63,241 bases of DNA, filler included, from Pelomyxa schiedti (GCA_020536535.1; 4 parts of 4 records of this genome joined end to end with filler, not necessarily neighbours in it); one strand, 5' to 3'; counted from the whole stretch's first letter, positions 13,085 through 25,362 are shown. Made by a program: numbers and translations. Notes: generated from the sequence alone by a model not told the origin.

Positions 13085-14789
13085 TTAACCCTTTAGCTCA
13101 AATCCTAAATCACCGGGGACAATCGAGTTCCATCGCGGAAGCTGATTTAATCGCGGTGCATCGCGATGAACTCCGTATTAACCGCGGTGAACCGCGAGGA
13201 ATCGCGATGGATCGGTGTCGGTTAGATGTATCCTTGTCTCTTTTAGGCAGGCTGTGCACTGCACAGCTAAAAGCTACGTGGTGTGGGGAGATAAAAGGAA
13301 AGTTACTAGCCATCAAGTAAACAAACACTAAAAGGACATGGGTGATGAGGAGTGTGGGTACACTGACCTGGAAGAGGGCATGGATGAAGATGTGGAGGAT
13401 GATGGCAGTGATCAAAAATTAATACTTGTGGCACCATGGGAAGACATGACGATGTACCAACAGGAGCCCACTTTCCCTGATACAACCGCAACAAGTGAGG
13501 GGAATGGTGGACTCAAAGCTGAGTGGCACAAGTGGCTGCATGAGCACGACTCTCCATCATCTTCATATGCACTCCTATGCTTATTTTGGCCAGAGGCTTG
13601 GTGGGACCAGATTGTCATACAGACTAATCTCTATGCTAAACAGCATTTAGCTCACGCATGGCATCCCACCTGCTCCACAGAAGTAAAGAAGTTCTTTGGT
13701 GTGCTTCTATTCATGTCTCAAGTGAGGCTACCATGTGTATACACTGGATATTGGGATCACAAGCTTTATGCACAACAAGCTGTCAAGACCTCTGGGATGA
13801 CCAGATTTCGATTCTATCAGATGAAAAAGTACTTGCATCTTGATGACTACACAGAATTTTCTGCTGCAGAGAAGACAGACAAGGCATTCAAGCTCCAGAG
13901 AGAATTCCAGCGTTTCACAAGTCGAGTGAACAAGGTGTGGGTGTCTGGAGTTCATGTAAACATTGACGAAGGGATGGTTAAAGGGGAACAGCGCAGGCAT
14001 CCATGCAAAAAACGGTCTCCAAAGAAACCCATCCGATGTGGCACTGAGATCAAGATGGCTGTTGATCAGTATGGTGTCTGTGTATTTGCCAAAGTCAGTG
14101 CCACCAACACTGGGGAGAAGCCAAAAAATTCCCAAGACAAGACAAAGCAAGCAGGCACCAACACCACACTGATGGGAGATATCATTGATGCAATCCATCT
14201 GCCACAGAGGGTCTTCTACCTCGATCAAGGTTATGGTAGTTTCAAACTGATGTACTTGACGATGATGAAGATGCAAAAGGCTGTTATGATTTGCAGAGCG
14301 CCTGGTGCAAAAAAACATGGTGTAGCATGGTTACTGAATATATTTTGCCACATGCGTGAACATATACCTGCCACAGCTCCAAGGGGAACATCCCTCACTA
14401 TGTACCACAAAGGGGGTTTTGCTGCCACAATCTGGAAAGACCACAAGCTGGTTTATGTGCTCTCCAGTGTGCACAATGAGACTGTGCAACCTCATACCAC
14501 ACACCGACGTGGAGACCCCATAAAGGCCAAGATACCTAACTGTGTAGAGGAATACAACCGATATCATAGCTGCTGTGATGTGCTCAATGCTAGCCGGGAA
14601 AAGGTGGATCTACAACTGAGATTCAACAGATGGTGGCTCAGAGTGTTCTTCAATGGTCTCTTTGGTACGGCTTTAGTAAATAGTTGGAATGTAAAGAAGT
14701 TCTACAACCCCGCAACTAAGACAACATTCTGCTCATTTGTTGCAAAGATCTGGCAGGTTCTGATGCATGGTGCCCACCCCCAACCCTGA
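13085..14789 (+). mobile_element. piggyBac-superfamily DNA transposon (left end plus transposase; right end not found before the gap)
   Basis: TTAA (13085-13088) directly followed by CCCTTTAG, then subterminal 10-bp repeats at 13130-13215, then the transposase ORF. Confidence 0.75.
13338..14789 (+). CDS. piggyBac-like DDD transposase, 483 aa, intronless
   Basis: IVIQTNLYA, EVKKFFGVLLFM, MTRFRF..MKKYLHLDD, IDEGMV (D1), LDQGYGS (D2), WKDHKLVYVLSSVH, YNRYHSCCD (D3), RWWLRVFF...ALVNSW. Confidence 0.92.
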   Translation: MGDEECGYTDLEEGMDEDVEDDGSDQKLILVAPWEDMTMYQQEPTFPDTTATSEGNGGLKAEWHKWLHEHDSPSSSYALLCLFWPEAWWDQIVIQTNLYAKQHLAHAWHPTCSTEVKKFFGVLLFMSQVRLPCVYTGYWDHKLYAQQAVKTSGMTRFRFYQMKKYLHLDDYTEFSAAEKTDKAFKLQREFQRFTSRVNKVWVSGVHVNIDEGMVKGEQRRHPCKKRSPKKPIRCGTEIKMAVDQYGVCVFAKVSATNTGEKPKNSQDKTKQAGTNTTLMGDIIDAIHLPQRVFYLDQGYGSFKLMYLTMMKMQKAVMICRAPGAKKHGVAWLLNIFCHMREHIPATAPRGTSLTMYHKGGFAATIWKDHKLVYVLSSVHNETVQPHTTHRRGDPIKAKIPNCVEEYNRYHSCCDVLNASREKVDLQLRFNRWWLRVFFNGLFGTALVNSWNVKKFYNPATKTTFCSFVAKIWQVLMHGAHPQP

Positions 14790-15712
14790 AAATAAAAGAG
14801 AAAAAAGTTCTTCAGTGTTCCCTGGTACCACCTAGCTGGTAGAGCACCCAAGTGGCTCCATTTGTGTGTTCTGAGGTTCATGTGCGCAAGCCCCAACGCC
14901 AAACTTCAATTTCCGGGAAAAGATTCAGTTGCTAGAACAAAAAAAAAAAACCAACACGCCGTAGGGTGCCCGTAGCCGGAACCAACAAAACAACACCCAT
15001 GTAGACAGCATTTGTTGAGTGGTGGGTTTGTAGTGGTCTTATTTTCGGTTTTTTAAAAAAAACCTCTTATTCGCGTTTTACTTTGTTTTGTCTTTGTCCT
15101 GTTAATTTATTTCGTTTTCTTTAGTCTTGTTTCAAAACAACACCATTGTGTTCCTTTTCCTCATGGCAACTAAGGGCCGATTTCATGTTGCACTCACTGA
15201 CTCCTCCAACAGACCAAGCCAAAGCTGCAGGTATCTTCTTTGTTTTTCTTTTTCGAGTTCTCACACTTGATAACCAGGTGGAGTTGCAAGCTTTTTGGCT
15301 GTGGAGATGACAGCCTGTCATCGCCACAGTAGTTCCCCTCTCCCTTGGAATCCTCACCCCACTCAACCATGATACGTAGGTACCCAGACCCATAGCCCCA
15401 GTGTTGCACACAGCCCTTTTCTGCATTTCCAGCACTTTGCACAGTGACACTGGTATGTGACGTCTTCTTTTTTTTTTTCCCCCTGCAGCTCACATATGTT
15501 CAGGTGGCGGACCTGCTGACAATCTATTACGAAGGTACATTCCCTCTCCTTTTCTTATCACCACTCAACAACAACAGGACAATGGATGCCACTGACTAAT
15601 GGAATGCAATGTCAGGCTTTACCGGCCATTCACCCAATTCACCTTGGCACCAACACCCCTTGCTTTTTCTCTTGCACGTGTACACTCTGCCACGTTCCCA
15701 ACTGAGGTAGGT

Positions 15713-16021
15713 CCCCTTGTCTTTCCTCTTTCTTTCTCTCATGTTTTCCACAGACTTAAGCTGACACCTTTGGAAATTTTTCCTCACCGACTTGGAATTC
15801 GGTTTGTACCCAACATAGCCTTCCCTGGTGTTACTAACATGCCAGCCAGACACCTGGAATGATGGAGAACAGCACTTATTCCAAAGTAGACTTAAGTGGG
15901 ACCTGGCCCCCTGCTTCTTGCCAACTGGGATGTGGGGTTGGCCCCTTGTCTTGTCAGTCTCTTCCACTCACGTTTTCCACAGACTGAAGGTAAAGCCTTT
16001 CTGAAATTGTTCCTCACTGAC
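15713..16021 (+). repeat. Diverged direct repeat, about 80-bp unit at about 230-bp spacing
   Basis: ccccttgtctt...gttttccacagact...cctcac(c/t)gac at 15713-15791 and 15942-16021. Confidence 0.6.
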
Positions 16022-16121
16022 NNNNNNNNNNNNNNNNNNNNNNNNNNNNNNNNNNNNNNNNNNNNTTAATTAATTAANNNNNNNNNNNNNNNNNNNNNNN
16101 NNNNNNNNNNNNNNNNNNNNN
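16022..16121. other. Scaffold gap with artificial TTAATTAATTAA linker
   Basis: N-run with a central six-frame-stop linker; the same occurs at 42286-42385 and 60408-60507. Confidence 0.95.
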
Positions 16122-16928
16122 TCGTGACGTGGCCCATTGTGACCGCAAGTGTGAGTAGAGTCGTTTACACTCAAACCCGGTGATGCCGGATTTGCGACAC
16201 CTGAAGAGGAAAAAGAAAACCAGTTTTTTTCGGAACCATCACATTGTCACCATGGTAAGTTTTTCGCTCCTCACAAGAAAAACTAAAGGTTCCCCCGCCA
16301 ACCACATTGGGCCATTTGAGTTCTATTGCTGAGCACACAGGCCCAACAGGAACCCTGTCTGGTACGTTGATTGCCAAACATCCACTAACCAAAAAAGTAA
16401 CTTTGCGCCATTTTTCCTCTTGGACCATCTGTTAGCAGAAGGAAAGGTATTGTTTTTCCCTTATTGTGCATCAAAGACGCAAGGACAGCTGGACTGTGGG
16501 CTGTGACGTGCCGGTCCTGTTCCCTTGTTGTGTCAGGAGTAAGCCACACAAGAGCGTTGTTGCCGAATCTACGACACAGCCCGACAGTTGAAGAGGGAAA
16601 AAAAAAGAGAAGTTTTAAGGGAACGATCATCATCATGATCCTGACTCACTAGCAACTCTGCTTCCCTCGCTGTTGCAAATCCCCAAGTCCACTTAATTAC
16701 TGTTTACCCCTGTTTTCTTGGTTATGCCTGTTGTACCAACCCCTCATCCCTTGATGCTGTTTTTGGCTTGTTGTTGTTGTTGGAAAATCAAAATCAGCGG
16801 GATAAACCAAAAGAAATAGTGAGGGGGGCCCGAACGAATTACAAGTTCCTAAGTTGGATACAATCAACTACGTGGATTCGTCAAGTAAAAAGCACATCTA
16901 CTTACATTAACAACCAACCACAAGTGCT

Positions 16929-19447
16929 ATGGCAACTACGAAGACGTGGCGGATGATGTCCACCGCCGAACGCGGGCTCGTGGCGTCGTCCTCATTCTTC
17001 CTCACCTCCAAGAGTTGCGGTGACATCACTCCCCTGCGTGGTGGGTGGCTCTCCACTTGGATGCGCGACACTTGGTCGATGCTGCACGCCGTGCTCGCGG
17101 TGGGCACGCACTCTTGGGACGGCCAATGGAGTTTACTCGAAAATATAAAAAAATTGCTTTCTTTGCAACGCAGGGCTGTCTCTCAACCGAAACAAGGTCA
17201 TAAATATACAAATAGCGTTGGGAAGACATGGTGATCAGGCGATGTCAGAAGCGTGGCTGAGAGCCAAGAAATCGGCAAAAAACAGGGTTTTCTCGGAGTA
17301 AACTCCCGATCGTTTTGGGAGTTTACTCCCGACGCAAGTTGTTTTTCGCATAAAACAGCGGAAAAAGCTCGGGAGAGCACGATCGGGAGTAACCGCAACG
17401 TATTGCTCTCGACAGTAACAAAAAAACTCACCACAATCTTAGAAAACCACACCACAACTTGCACCCACCACCTTCGAGAGCCAAAGCACTTCCTCCCCAA
17501 ACAAGAAAGACCACCCAAACCAGCGTCCTGTCTGGTTACCTAAGGAGTTGCATGACACACTTCAAAAACTTGTGAGTTTCGGCTAACCCCTGAAGAGGAA
17601 GCCAAATGGACCTCCCACTGGAAGTTCAGCAAGAGGCACGTGCCAAAAGGGAACCACTTATAGTAGTGAGCAACAGTTACCTTTCCAAACAAATCCCATT
17701 TCCACTGCTTCCTTACTACAGCTGGATAATTCTCACTTGGATGATGATGCTTCCATAGAGCCAGGCAATTCCACATTGGATGAGGTGGAGTATGGTCCTG
17801 ATGCAGAAGATCCCTTGTGGCCTCCAGATTAACCTCCAATTGTACCACCATCATCCTCTCCTTGTAACACAGCCCAAAAAGCAGCTTCACAACACCATCA
17901 GGATCACTTGACACCTGAAACTCCCTTTATTGAGCCTCTTCCCCAAGTGTCTCTGCCTGTCCCACAGCCTCAAATGACACCAGCTGTCACACAGCCACTT
18001 CAAATCCCACATGCCTCCCAGGTCCAGCCCTTACAACTTGCCACAGTTCAGGCCTCTTCCTTAAGCAGTACAGTAACTGTGACAGTGCCTGAGCCCTTGC
18101 AGATTGAGGAAATCCCATCAGGTCCTGCTCCTAAAAAATCAAAAAGAGGTTCCACAAGGTGCTTAATTCACACTGAACCCACTCAACCCACACAAAGACA
18201 CTCCCAACAATTTCACAAAACACCACCCCCGAAACAGCATCACACACGTTCCTGGCACAGAAACCACCCAGAAGCCCAACCACCACCACTGGAAAAGCAC
18301 TAGTTCGACTTAAAACTCCGTTTTTTTACCCCAAGTTTGCCGCACCCCAACTTATCGCGGAGTAAACTCCCGAAACTAAGTTGGTTCCGAAGAGTAAACT
18401 CCGAAAAGCATTGGCCTTCCCAACTCTCGGTGCGGGTCCGGATCGCCGGTGAGGCTGCTGGCCGCGCACGGGCACAACCTCGTCTCCCAATTGTGGGACT
18501 ACATCACCGTGTTGTTTACCGAGAGGAAGTTCGTAGTTGTGCTGGGTGGGTGGGACATGAATGCTGCAGACCCAAGGTGGCGGCAGTCGTTCACCTTTGG
18601 GGTGTCTCCGCTGTGCGGAATCACGAGGGGCTTGTCGCCGTGCAAGTCTGTGTATCCTACGCACCCCCGGTCCTCGATGAGGAATCATCGGTGGCATGTC
18701 CATTTCTCGAAAAACCAGGGCACATGCTGCATGCTTATTATACTGCAAGAAGAGGCGCTCCAAGAAGAGGAGAACTCAGGACAGGATCCCGTGAGAGAGA
18801 TCTCTATTAAGTATGCTATACCCGAGGCATTCAGCCTCGGTGACACTGATGCGGACTCTGACTTGGCCCATGTGCTGATCCGAGGGCCACCTGAATCGCT
18901 CCTCTACTTGATGATTGACCTCAGACGTTCCTTTGTCGACGGCGTTCTCTGTGTGATCAAGGAAGCGAAGTGCAACATTCCAGGAATAGAAGGACAGCGA
19001 GTTGATGCACATTTTTTGAGGAGCACAGGCAACAACCCCAGGGATGTGGTCATCCTAAAAGCAGAGTTGGGCACAGAGAGGTGTAAAATTTTGGAACTGG
19101 AGGATACTGCAAAAGGGGCCACTGAAATTGCCGATTTGAGCAGTAACTGGTGGAACTTGCAGTTGTGTCCTTTGAACAAGCACCAATTCTGTTTGTTGAA
19201 TGCGTGCTATGGTGACGGGACTGGGTGGTATCAAGTATGGGAATGCAATGGAAGTACTACAATTTCTGGGAAAAAGTACACTTTGGAAGGAAGCCGGCAT
19301 ATTGCTGAAGGAGGCCACCTTTTCAGTTTGGCGGACTCAAGAAACAGATTTGTCATGATAGACATCACAACGGGACACAGGATTCTGTGTGTGGATACTA
19401 CTGGGTACCCAGAAATGTACACCCCTTCTGTGACACTGCTTCCCTAA
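16929..19447 (+). pseudogene. Family A (RCG-box) gene interrupted by a 1308-bp insertion
   Basis: Joining 16929-17114 to 18428-19447 gives one 401-codon frame reading ...MLHAVLAVGTHS|RCGSGSPVRLLAAHG..., which restores the family motif. Confidence 0.85.
17115..18422. mobile_element. Non-autonomous TIR element, TG...CA ends, 5-bp TSD (ACTCT)
   Basis: Left end TGGGACGGCCAATG, right end CATTGGCCTTCCCA (13/14 inverted match). ACTCT at 17110-17114 and 18423-18427. Several GAGTAAACTC/GAGTTTACTC motifs near both ends. Confidence 0.9.
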
Positions 19448-21116
19448 AGACACACCCAAGGGTCTGTGAACTGTCAGTTAGGACCTTGTAAAATTATGGG
19501 GCCTGTAGGATCCTCTACAACCTTAAAGTAAATGATACATTCAAATTCCATTCAATGGTTCCAATAGAAAAAAAAAATCGTTCCAAGTCGGGGAGGCATG
19601 GCGAGCAGCGCGGGGGTGGAGTGGGCGGTGCACGTGGCGGCCGTGGTGTGGCAGCACGTGGCGGCGGCCCATCTGCTGCCCCTCGCCCGGCTCGCCGCCG
19701 CCCGCGCGCTGCCGACCAGCAGCGACGGGGTCGACCGCGGCACCTGCGCCAGGGGCAGGGAGCGCGAGGGCCTGGAGGCGTGCTCGGCGCTGGTGAGGGT
19801 GGGGGAGGGGGCGTGGCCGCTGGCGGGGCTCGCGTGCCGCGCCGCCCTGCGATTGGCCTCGCAGCCGTGGGGCGTTGGAGCGAGCGTGGCCCACAGCGGG
19901 TGGTACCACGTGCTCGTGGCGGCCGCGAGGGCGACGGGGGACCGCGGTCGAGGTGCGTGTCTTCTTATGCTCAAATCCGGCGCCCAACCCAGCACTCGTG
20001 AAGTGGCTGTCAATGAAGGTCGATCTCTCCCCAGCTGAATTCATTCAATCCCTTCTGAGCTCACTTCGCATGCCACTGTGATTCAGCAGATCACACCCAG
20101 AGTGGGTTCCAAGCTGTTCCCAAAGGGTGGTCTCAAAATGTGAAAAAACACTACCCAAGTGGAGAAAGTGGAGGTAAAATCACAACGGGATGCTCCCAAA
20201 GTGGACACACAGTGGCCCCAGGTGGTCCCTGTTCCGGCCCCCTCATCCCCATGTACTTTCAGAAAGAAACTGTTTTTTTCTTTTGCCTGAAGTCGAAAAC
20301 CACCTTCAGGCCAGGCCACATCATGGAGAGGTGTACGTTGGGATTGTGGAAGTGTGGAGTGTAGGAGCCCATGGAGTGCGTAGGAGCGAGAGTGAGAGAA
20401 TGCGAGAGCAAGAGAATGAGAGAGCGAGAGAATGAGAGTGAGAGCAAGAGCAAGGGGTGTTAGTGCCGAGGTGAAGTGGGTGGAGGCGGAAGTAAAGCCT
20501 GACATTGCACTCTGTTCGGCAGTCCTTCTGGCATCCAGGGTCCTGTTGTTGTTGAGTGGGGTGATAATAAAAAGGGAATGTACCTTGGTAATAGATTGAG
20601 CGGGCAGGTCAGCCTACACCTAAATAATATCTTGAGCCTGGAGAAAAAGTCAAAAAAAAAAAAAAAAATGAAGAAGAAGCCACCTAGCAAGGAGGTCACA
20701 AAGTGCTGGCAATGCAGAAAAAGGGCAGAGACAGTCTTCGCATTTACCTGTCATGGTTTAATGTGGTGATCATACAAAGAGAGAGGGGGATTTACCTTGG
20801 TGATTACAGGCTTTCAGCAGCAGCTGGCAAGTTGCTACACCTGGTCTCAAGTGTGAGAAATCGAAAAAGAAAAACAGAGAAATACCTGGTTCAAGTCAGT
20901 CTTGGTGCCACAGAAATCGAAAAAGAAAAAAGGAGGAGTCGTACGCCAGTGCCACAAGGTGCCGGAAACAGAACATTTCAACACAGGTTGAATGCGGGAA
21001 AAGAAAAAAACAAATCTGGGATTGGAGGTCAGGGAATAGTGGGGTGGACAATGAAAAGGTGAAAACCTGATGAGGAAAAGCAGAGCAGAGCTGCACACGC
21101 AATTCCCCTGAGTGGC

Positions 21117-21691
21117 GTCAGTAGGGGATACCTATTATGTTTAAGTGGGGTGACGATGAAAAGGAGAGGGGGATTTACCACGGTGACCAGGCTGTCATGG
21201 CAAGTCCACCACCAACTGTACAAGGTGAAACGAGAAAAAGAAATAGCATACCAGTGAGTGGCTGAGCTGCTGAAAGTCACAGAGGGCCCCAATGCGACAC
21301 TCCATGTGCATACAGCGTGAATGCGGAAAAAGGACCTAGAGAGTGGAGGTGAGTTATATATTTGAAGGGGGACTCAAAGAAGAGGATACCGGTGGAATGG
21401 AGCCCGAGCTGCACACGCATTCTGCTGACGTCCACAACACCACCTTTCAAATGTGAGAATCGAAAAAGAAAAACGGAGTAGAGAAATGGAAACATACCGC
21501 TGTGCCAATATAAAATAAAAAAATTAAAAACAAGCACATTGGGGGCAAAAAAAACGATACCGACGACTGAACGACCTGTGTCCCCAAAGGCGACGTTCTG
21601 TGGCACCACCATCCACCGTTACCCGGCCACCAAACAGCGAAAATTTTATTTTATTTATTCCTTCTGTGCTCTCCAATGTGCAGACAAATTG
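21117..21691. repeat. Dispersed repeat, copy 1 (internally deleted relative to copy 2)
   Basis: Near-identical to 40854-41929 apart from two missing segments. Confidence 0.9.
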
Positions 21692-21751
21692 GCCAACTGG
21701 TTGGAGGAAACTTATTCAGTGATGAACATTATCAACTCTCAGGGCTCAAGT

Positions 21752-21840
21752 GGCTGAATAAAATAATCAACAGACCGGAACGCTGTCATTTTCCTTATCA
21801 TCGCTCAGGATCGGCGGTCTGGTGTTTTTTTTATTCAGCC
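21752..21840. mobile_element. 89-bp MITE with 4-bp TSD (AAGT)
   Basis: TIRs GGCTGAATAAAA...TTTTATTCAGCC, imperfectly extending to about 26 bp. AAGT at 21748-21751 and 21841-21844. Removing it restores the host reading frame. Confidence 0.9.
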
Positions 21841-22088
21841 AAGTGGTGTTTCAAAGGCCCTTCTTGAAATATGTAAGCACACTGAGAGGGGCATCCAAGA
21901 GAAACTGGAGGGCATTGAGTGGTCTTGCACCCTAAGTCCAGGAGATAGTGGTGCCTGGAGGTGAAGCTATTTGGTTTTTGGAACAGTCAAGATAAACCAA
22001 TGTCTTGGGTTTTTACAGAGAGTTTATTACATTGGAAGGTGCGATGTAACCACTCTTGTGGCCCATCATAGTGGCGGACATTATCGGC

Positions 22089-25000
22089 TCATTGTATGTT
22101 GTTTGCACGTGAGGAATGGGAGTGTGTGGACCAAACGGAGATGATGTGAACAATTGGGGGGTTTCATGGGAGAGAGTTGCTGGTGATGCCGGTGATGGTG
22201 AGGGTGTTATTTGCCGGTTCTGTTGCTGTTGAAAATGCAGTTGCTGTTGGAGTGCTTGTATTTGCAGTTGCAGTTGCTGTGTGAATGTTAGTGCCGGAAA
22301 TAGATTGGTTAGGTGGCTTCTCTACCTTCGGAAAAGGGGATGTTGGAGCTGCATTGAATAATTCCGGTCCCTTTGGAAATGGTTAAAACAGGCAAGTTGA
22401 ATTCGGAATACCATGGGAGAAACAGAACTCGACACCATGAGACTGAGAGGGGGAGTTTGGTTGAGATAAGAAGAAGTGCCTGGTGACGGCGTGGGAGGGA
22501 GAAATGGTGATGAGCTCCATATGTCTGGCGAGGGTGGGACTATTTTGTTTCTGTGTTTGGTTTTGGGTTTTTCATCACTGTCAGTGGAACTAGTGCTACT
22601 GCTACTGCTGGATTTTTTTCCCCTTTTCTGTTTCTCCTTCAATTTTTTCAATTGCTTGTGAATTTTCTTGTGCTCTTTATGGAGAAGCTTCCGTTCTTGC
22701 CGGTCCAACTCAGCTTCATCAAATTCTTCTTTGGTCATTTTGCCGAGTTTTTTTGACTGCGAAGATTGTTGGAGATTGCATGAGGCGGGAAATGAACCTT
22801 TTTGTCTGCAAGCATCTCGGCAAGTGGAGGGTATCCAAAGTCGCAAGGCCTTCTCAAAAAAGACAGTATTTGGGTGATCAACTCTTTCTGTTATTTGGTC
22901 AGAAGCAACCAAATGTTCTCATAGAAAAAGACTTTCTCTTCTTCACCCTTTCTGGCGTGAAGTTGTTCCCGTAGATCTAAAATATTGCGTATTTCTTTGA
23001 GAGTTTTTTTGCTGAGTCTCCCAAGTTGTTCCTCTTTTCTACTCAATGTTCCCTATTTAAAAATAGTATGAACTTGAAGGAAGAAGAAAAGAACGATGCA
23101 TAGTACCGGAAGGTCTCCAAACCCAGAGAAATTGAGAATATTCTTTCTTCTGTCATTTTTCTTATTTCTTTTGTGAGAAAGAGGCTCCACACAGCAGGGA
23201 TTTACCATTCCAGGTCTATCAAACATCACCCGGTGTATCAGTGCCAACAAGAGGTGGTTCTTCTTTTGATTGCATTGATTCACTCGGAAAACAACTTCAT
23301 ATTGGAACCCACCAAATGAGAAATTAAATGCAAAAATTTATAAGTACTTACTATTTGGAAGACTTCCAAGTCTCAGTCCATCCCCCTTTCCCTTTTTGAT
23401 TTCTTAGCAAAAAAGGGTTTCCATACTCCACACATACAATAGAAGGAGACGTTACTCGGACATAACCACTTTTTTCAGGGATGAATGGTGCGACTGGACG
23501 CCGGATTCGGGGAGGTGGAGATTTCCCTTTTATGAAAGTAAGGTGGCAATTTGGAACGAAAGGGAACAAACCTAATGTTGCTGCATCTGTGCTTATTAAG
23601 TGCGGGAGTCAGAAGTTGGAAAGGGATCGTATGGATAGTTAGCGAGTCAAGTTTGGCTAAGAAGAGGGCGGTAATACATTATTTTCTCAAGTGCGTCGAA
23701 AGCGGTTTGTTTGGGTGACAGCTCGGGAGAGGAAGAGGCAGAAGAAACGCTGTGAGACCGTGACTGAGATTTGGAAGTAGAATGTTGGTGCACCTGGCAT
23801 GTTGGTGAATATTGCAAATTTGGTGACTTGAAAACTGGTGTTCCTGGAGGTGTCAAATGAGGTGTCATCTTGGATGTTGTTGAAGATGGTGTGGAGGGTG
23901 GTGGTAAATCGGATCTGCCACGTGAAGTGGTTTTGGAGAAAGTTGGAAATGGAGGTACCCCTGTTAAAACAGGAAAAGAGTCCATGTGCGTAGGTAGTGG
24001 CTTTGGGGAGCGTTGTTCGTTTTCAAGAAGGGAGCTTGGAACCACCTCTCTTCGGGGGTTGTTGGTAGCACCAGAAGAAGGCGGACTCCCGTGATTTTCG
24101 ATATGTGTGTGGTGTTTAACAATGACCTTTGGGCAGTCGGTGGTGTTTGGGGAAAGAAAGGCGCTGGAAGGCAAAGGAATTGATGGTGGTGTGGATGGCT
24201 GCTTTATCTGTGTGTGAGATATGCGACTGACTTGTTTGTATTGTTCCACTGCGGGTGTGATCTGAATTGTTGGAATAGATACTGGTTGGTGCACTTGGGA
24301 AACTGGAATGACGTGGGAGTGTGTATTCTGACACTGATAAGGATACGCGGGCGTCACTTGTACTGGTGCCATTACGTTGGTTTGTACCTGTGGAGCCGGG
24401 ACTGTTGGTGCAGTCAAAGGAGGAGGTGATAAAGGGAGAGGGTCATCAATTGAGAATGGTAAAAATGGACTCCCCTGGGGGAAAAAGCAGTCATCCCATC
24501 CACTACACCCAATTCCCTCGGCAATCTGCCGGTTCATAATTAACTGGTCTTCAATAAGCTGCCGGCCCTCTAATATTACAGTAGAAGCACTGGTATCGGC
24601 ACAAGAACAAGAACTGGCAGCGGCAGATTGAGAATTAACACCACCGGTTGTCAAGAAACAAGCAGTATTACCAGTATTGCATCCAGTAGCTGGGATTGAC
24701 AGTTCCAGTTGATTATTATGGTACACAGGGCCTTGCCCTCCATAACAACAAGAATACTGTTGTTGCTGTTGCTGCTGTTGTACATAGCCACTCCTATGGA
24801 ATTGCTGCTGAGGTTGTATAACATCCTGCTGGTGCACTGATACAGGGGGGTAATTACACCCCCCTGAGTTTGGTGTTGACACCAAACAGGGAGGAGGACT
24901 ATTAAGTAGTTGTGATGGTGGCTGCTGCTGTTGTTGTGAATTATTGTTATTGTTGTTGTTAGTGTTGAATTGCAACTGTTGCCTGCTGCTGTTGGGATGA

Positions 25001-25362
25001 GTCCGTGAATGAACCGACGCGACGTACGAAGACGACGCGGGTTGGCTACCCCCTGCGTGGTGATGTAGCAATTGTGGGATTTTGGTGTTGTTGTTGTTGT
25101 TGGGGGCCGACGTCGATGAAACTGCTTGCAGTTGTTGCTGTTGTTGTTGTGCAGCCGCAAAATCTGCAACGTTGGGTTGTTGTTGCGGGTGTTGGTGTTG
25201 CAGAGGGAGGTGCATCCCACAATTGGTTCTTGAGGAGGGTGCCCCGCTCCCGCCACCACATGTCCTGCCATAGAGCTGTGACGAAGTGGATGTGGCTGGT
25301 GCAGCCTGTTGCTGTTGTTTGTGTGCGGAACCGGCACCCGGCTGCGGTGTAGCTGGTTTCAT
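22089..25362 (-). CDS. Q/N/P/S-rich low-complexity protein of unknown function, multi-exon
   Basis: 600-codon ORF 23647-25449 followed by spliceable downstream segments (23351-23569, 22322-22912, Q-rich terminal exon). No domain recognised. Confidence 0.55.

Larger units (their letters stand above)
19598..21930 (+). pseudogene. Family B (ankyrin-like) pseudogene; middle replaced by unrelated sequence, plus a MITE insertion
   Basis: N-terminal ALVRVGEGAWPLAGLACRAAL (19598 to about 19960). Homology resumes near 21690 as ANWLEETYSVMNII...GVSKALLEICKH...LEGIEW, matching ASWLDESFGIM...VCKH...IEGVKW of the paralogue at 36962. Confidence 0.75.

Noticed and set aside
16066-16077. TTAATTAATTAA as a piggyBac target site or right end
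   Set aside because: It is embedded in Ns and recurs identically at 42330 and 60452, so it is an artificial scaffolding linker
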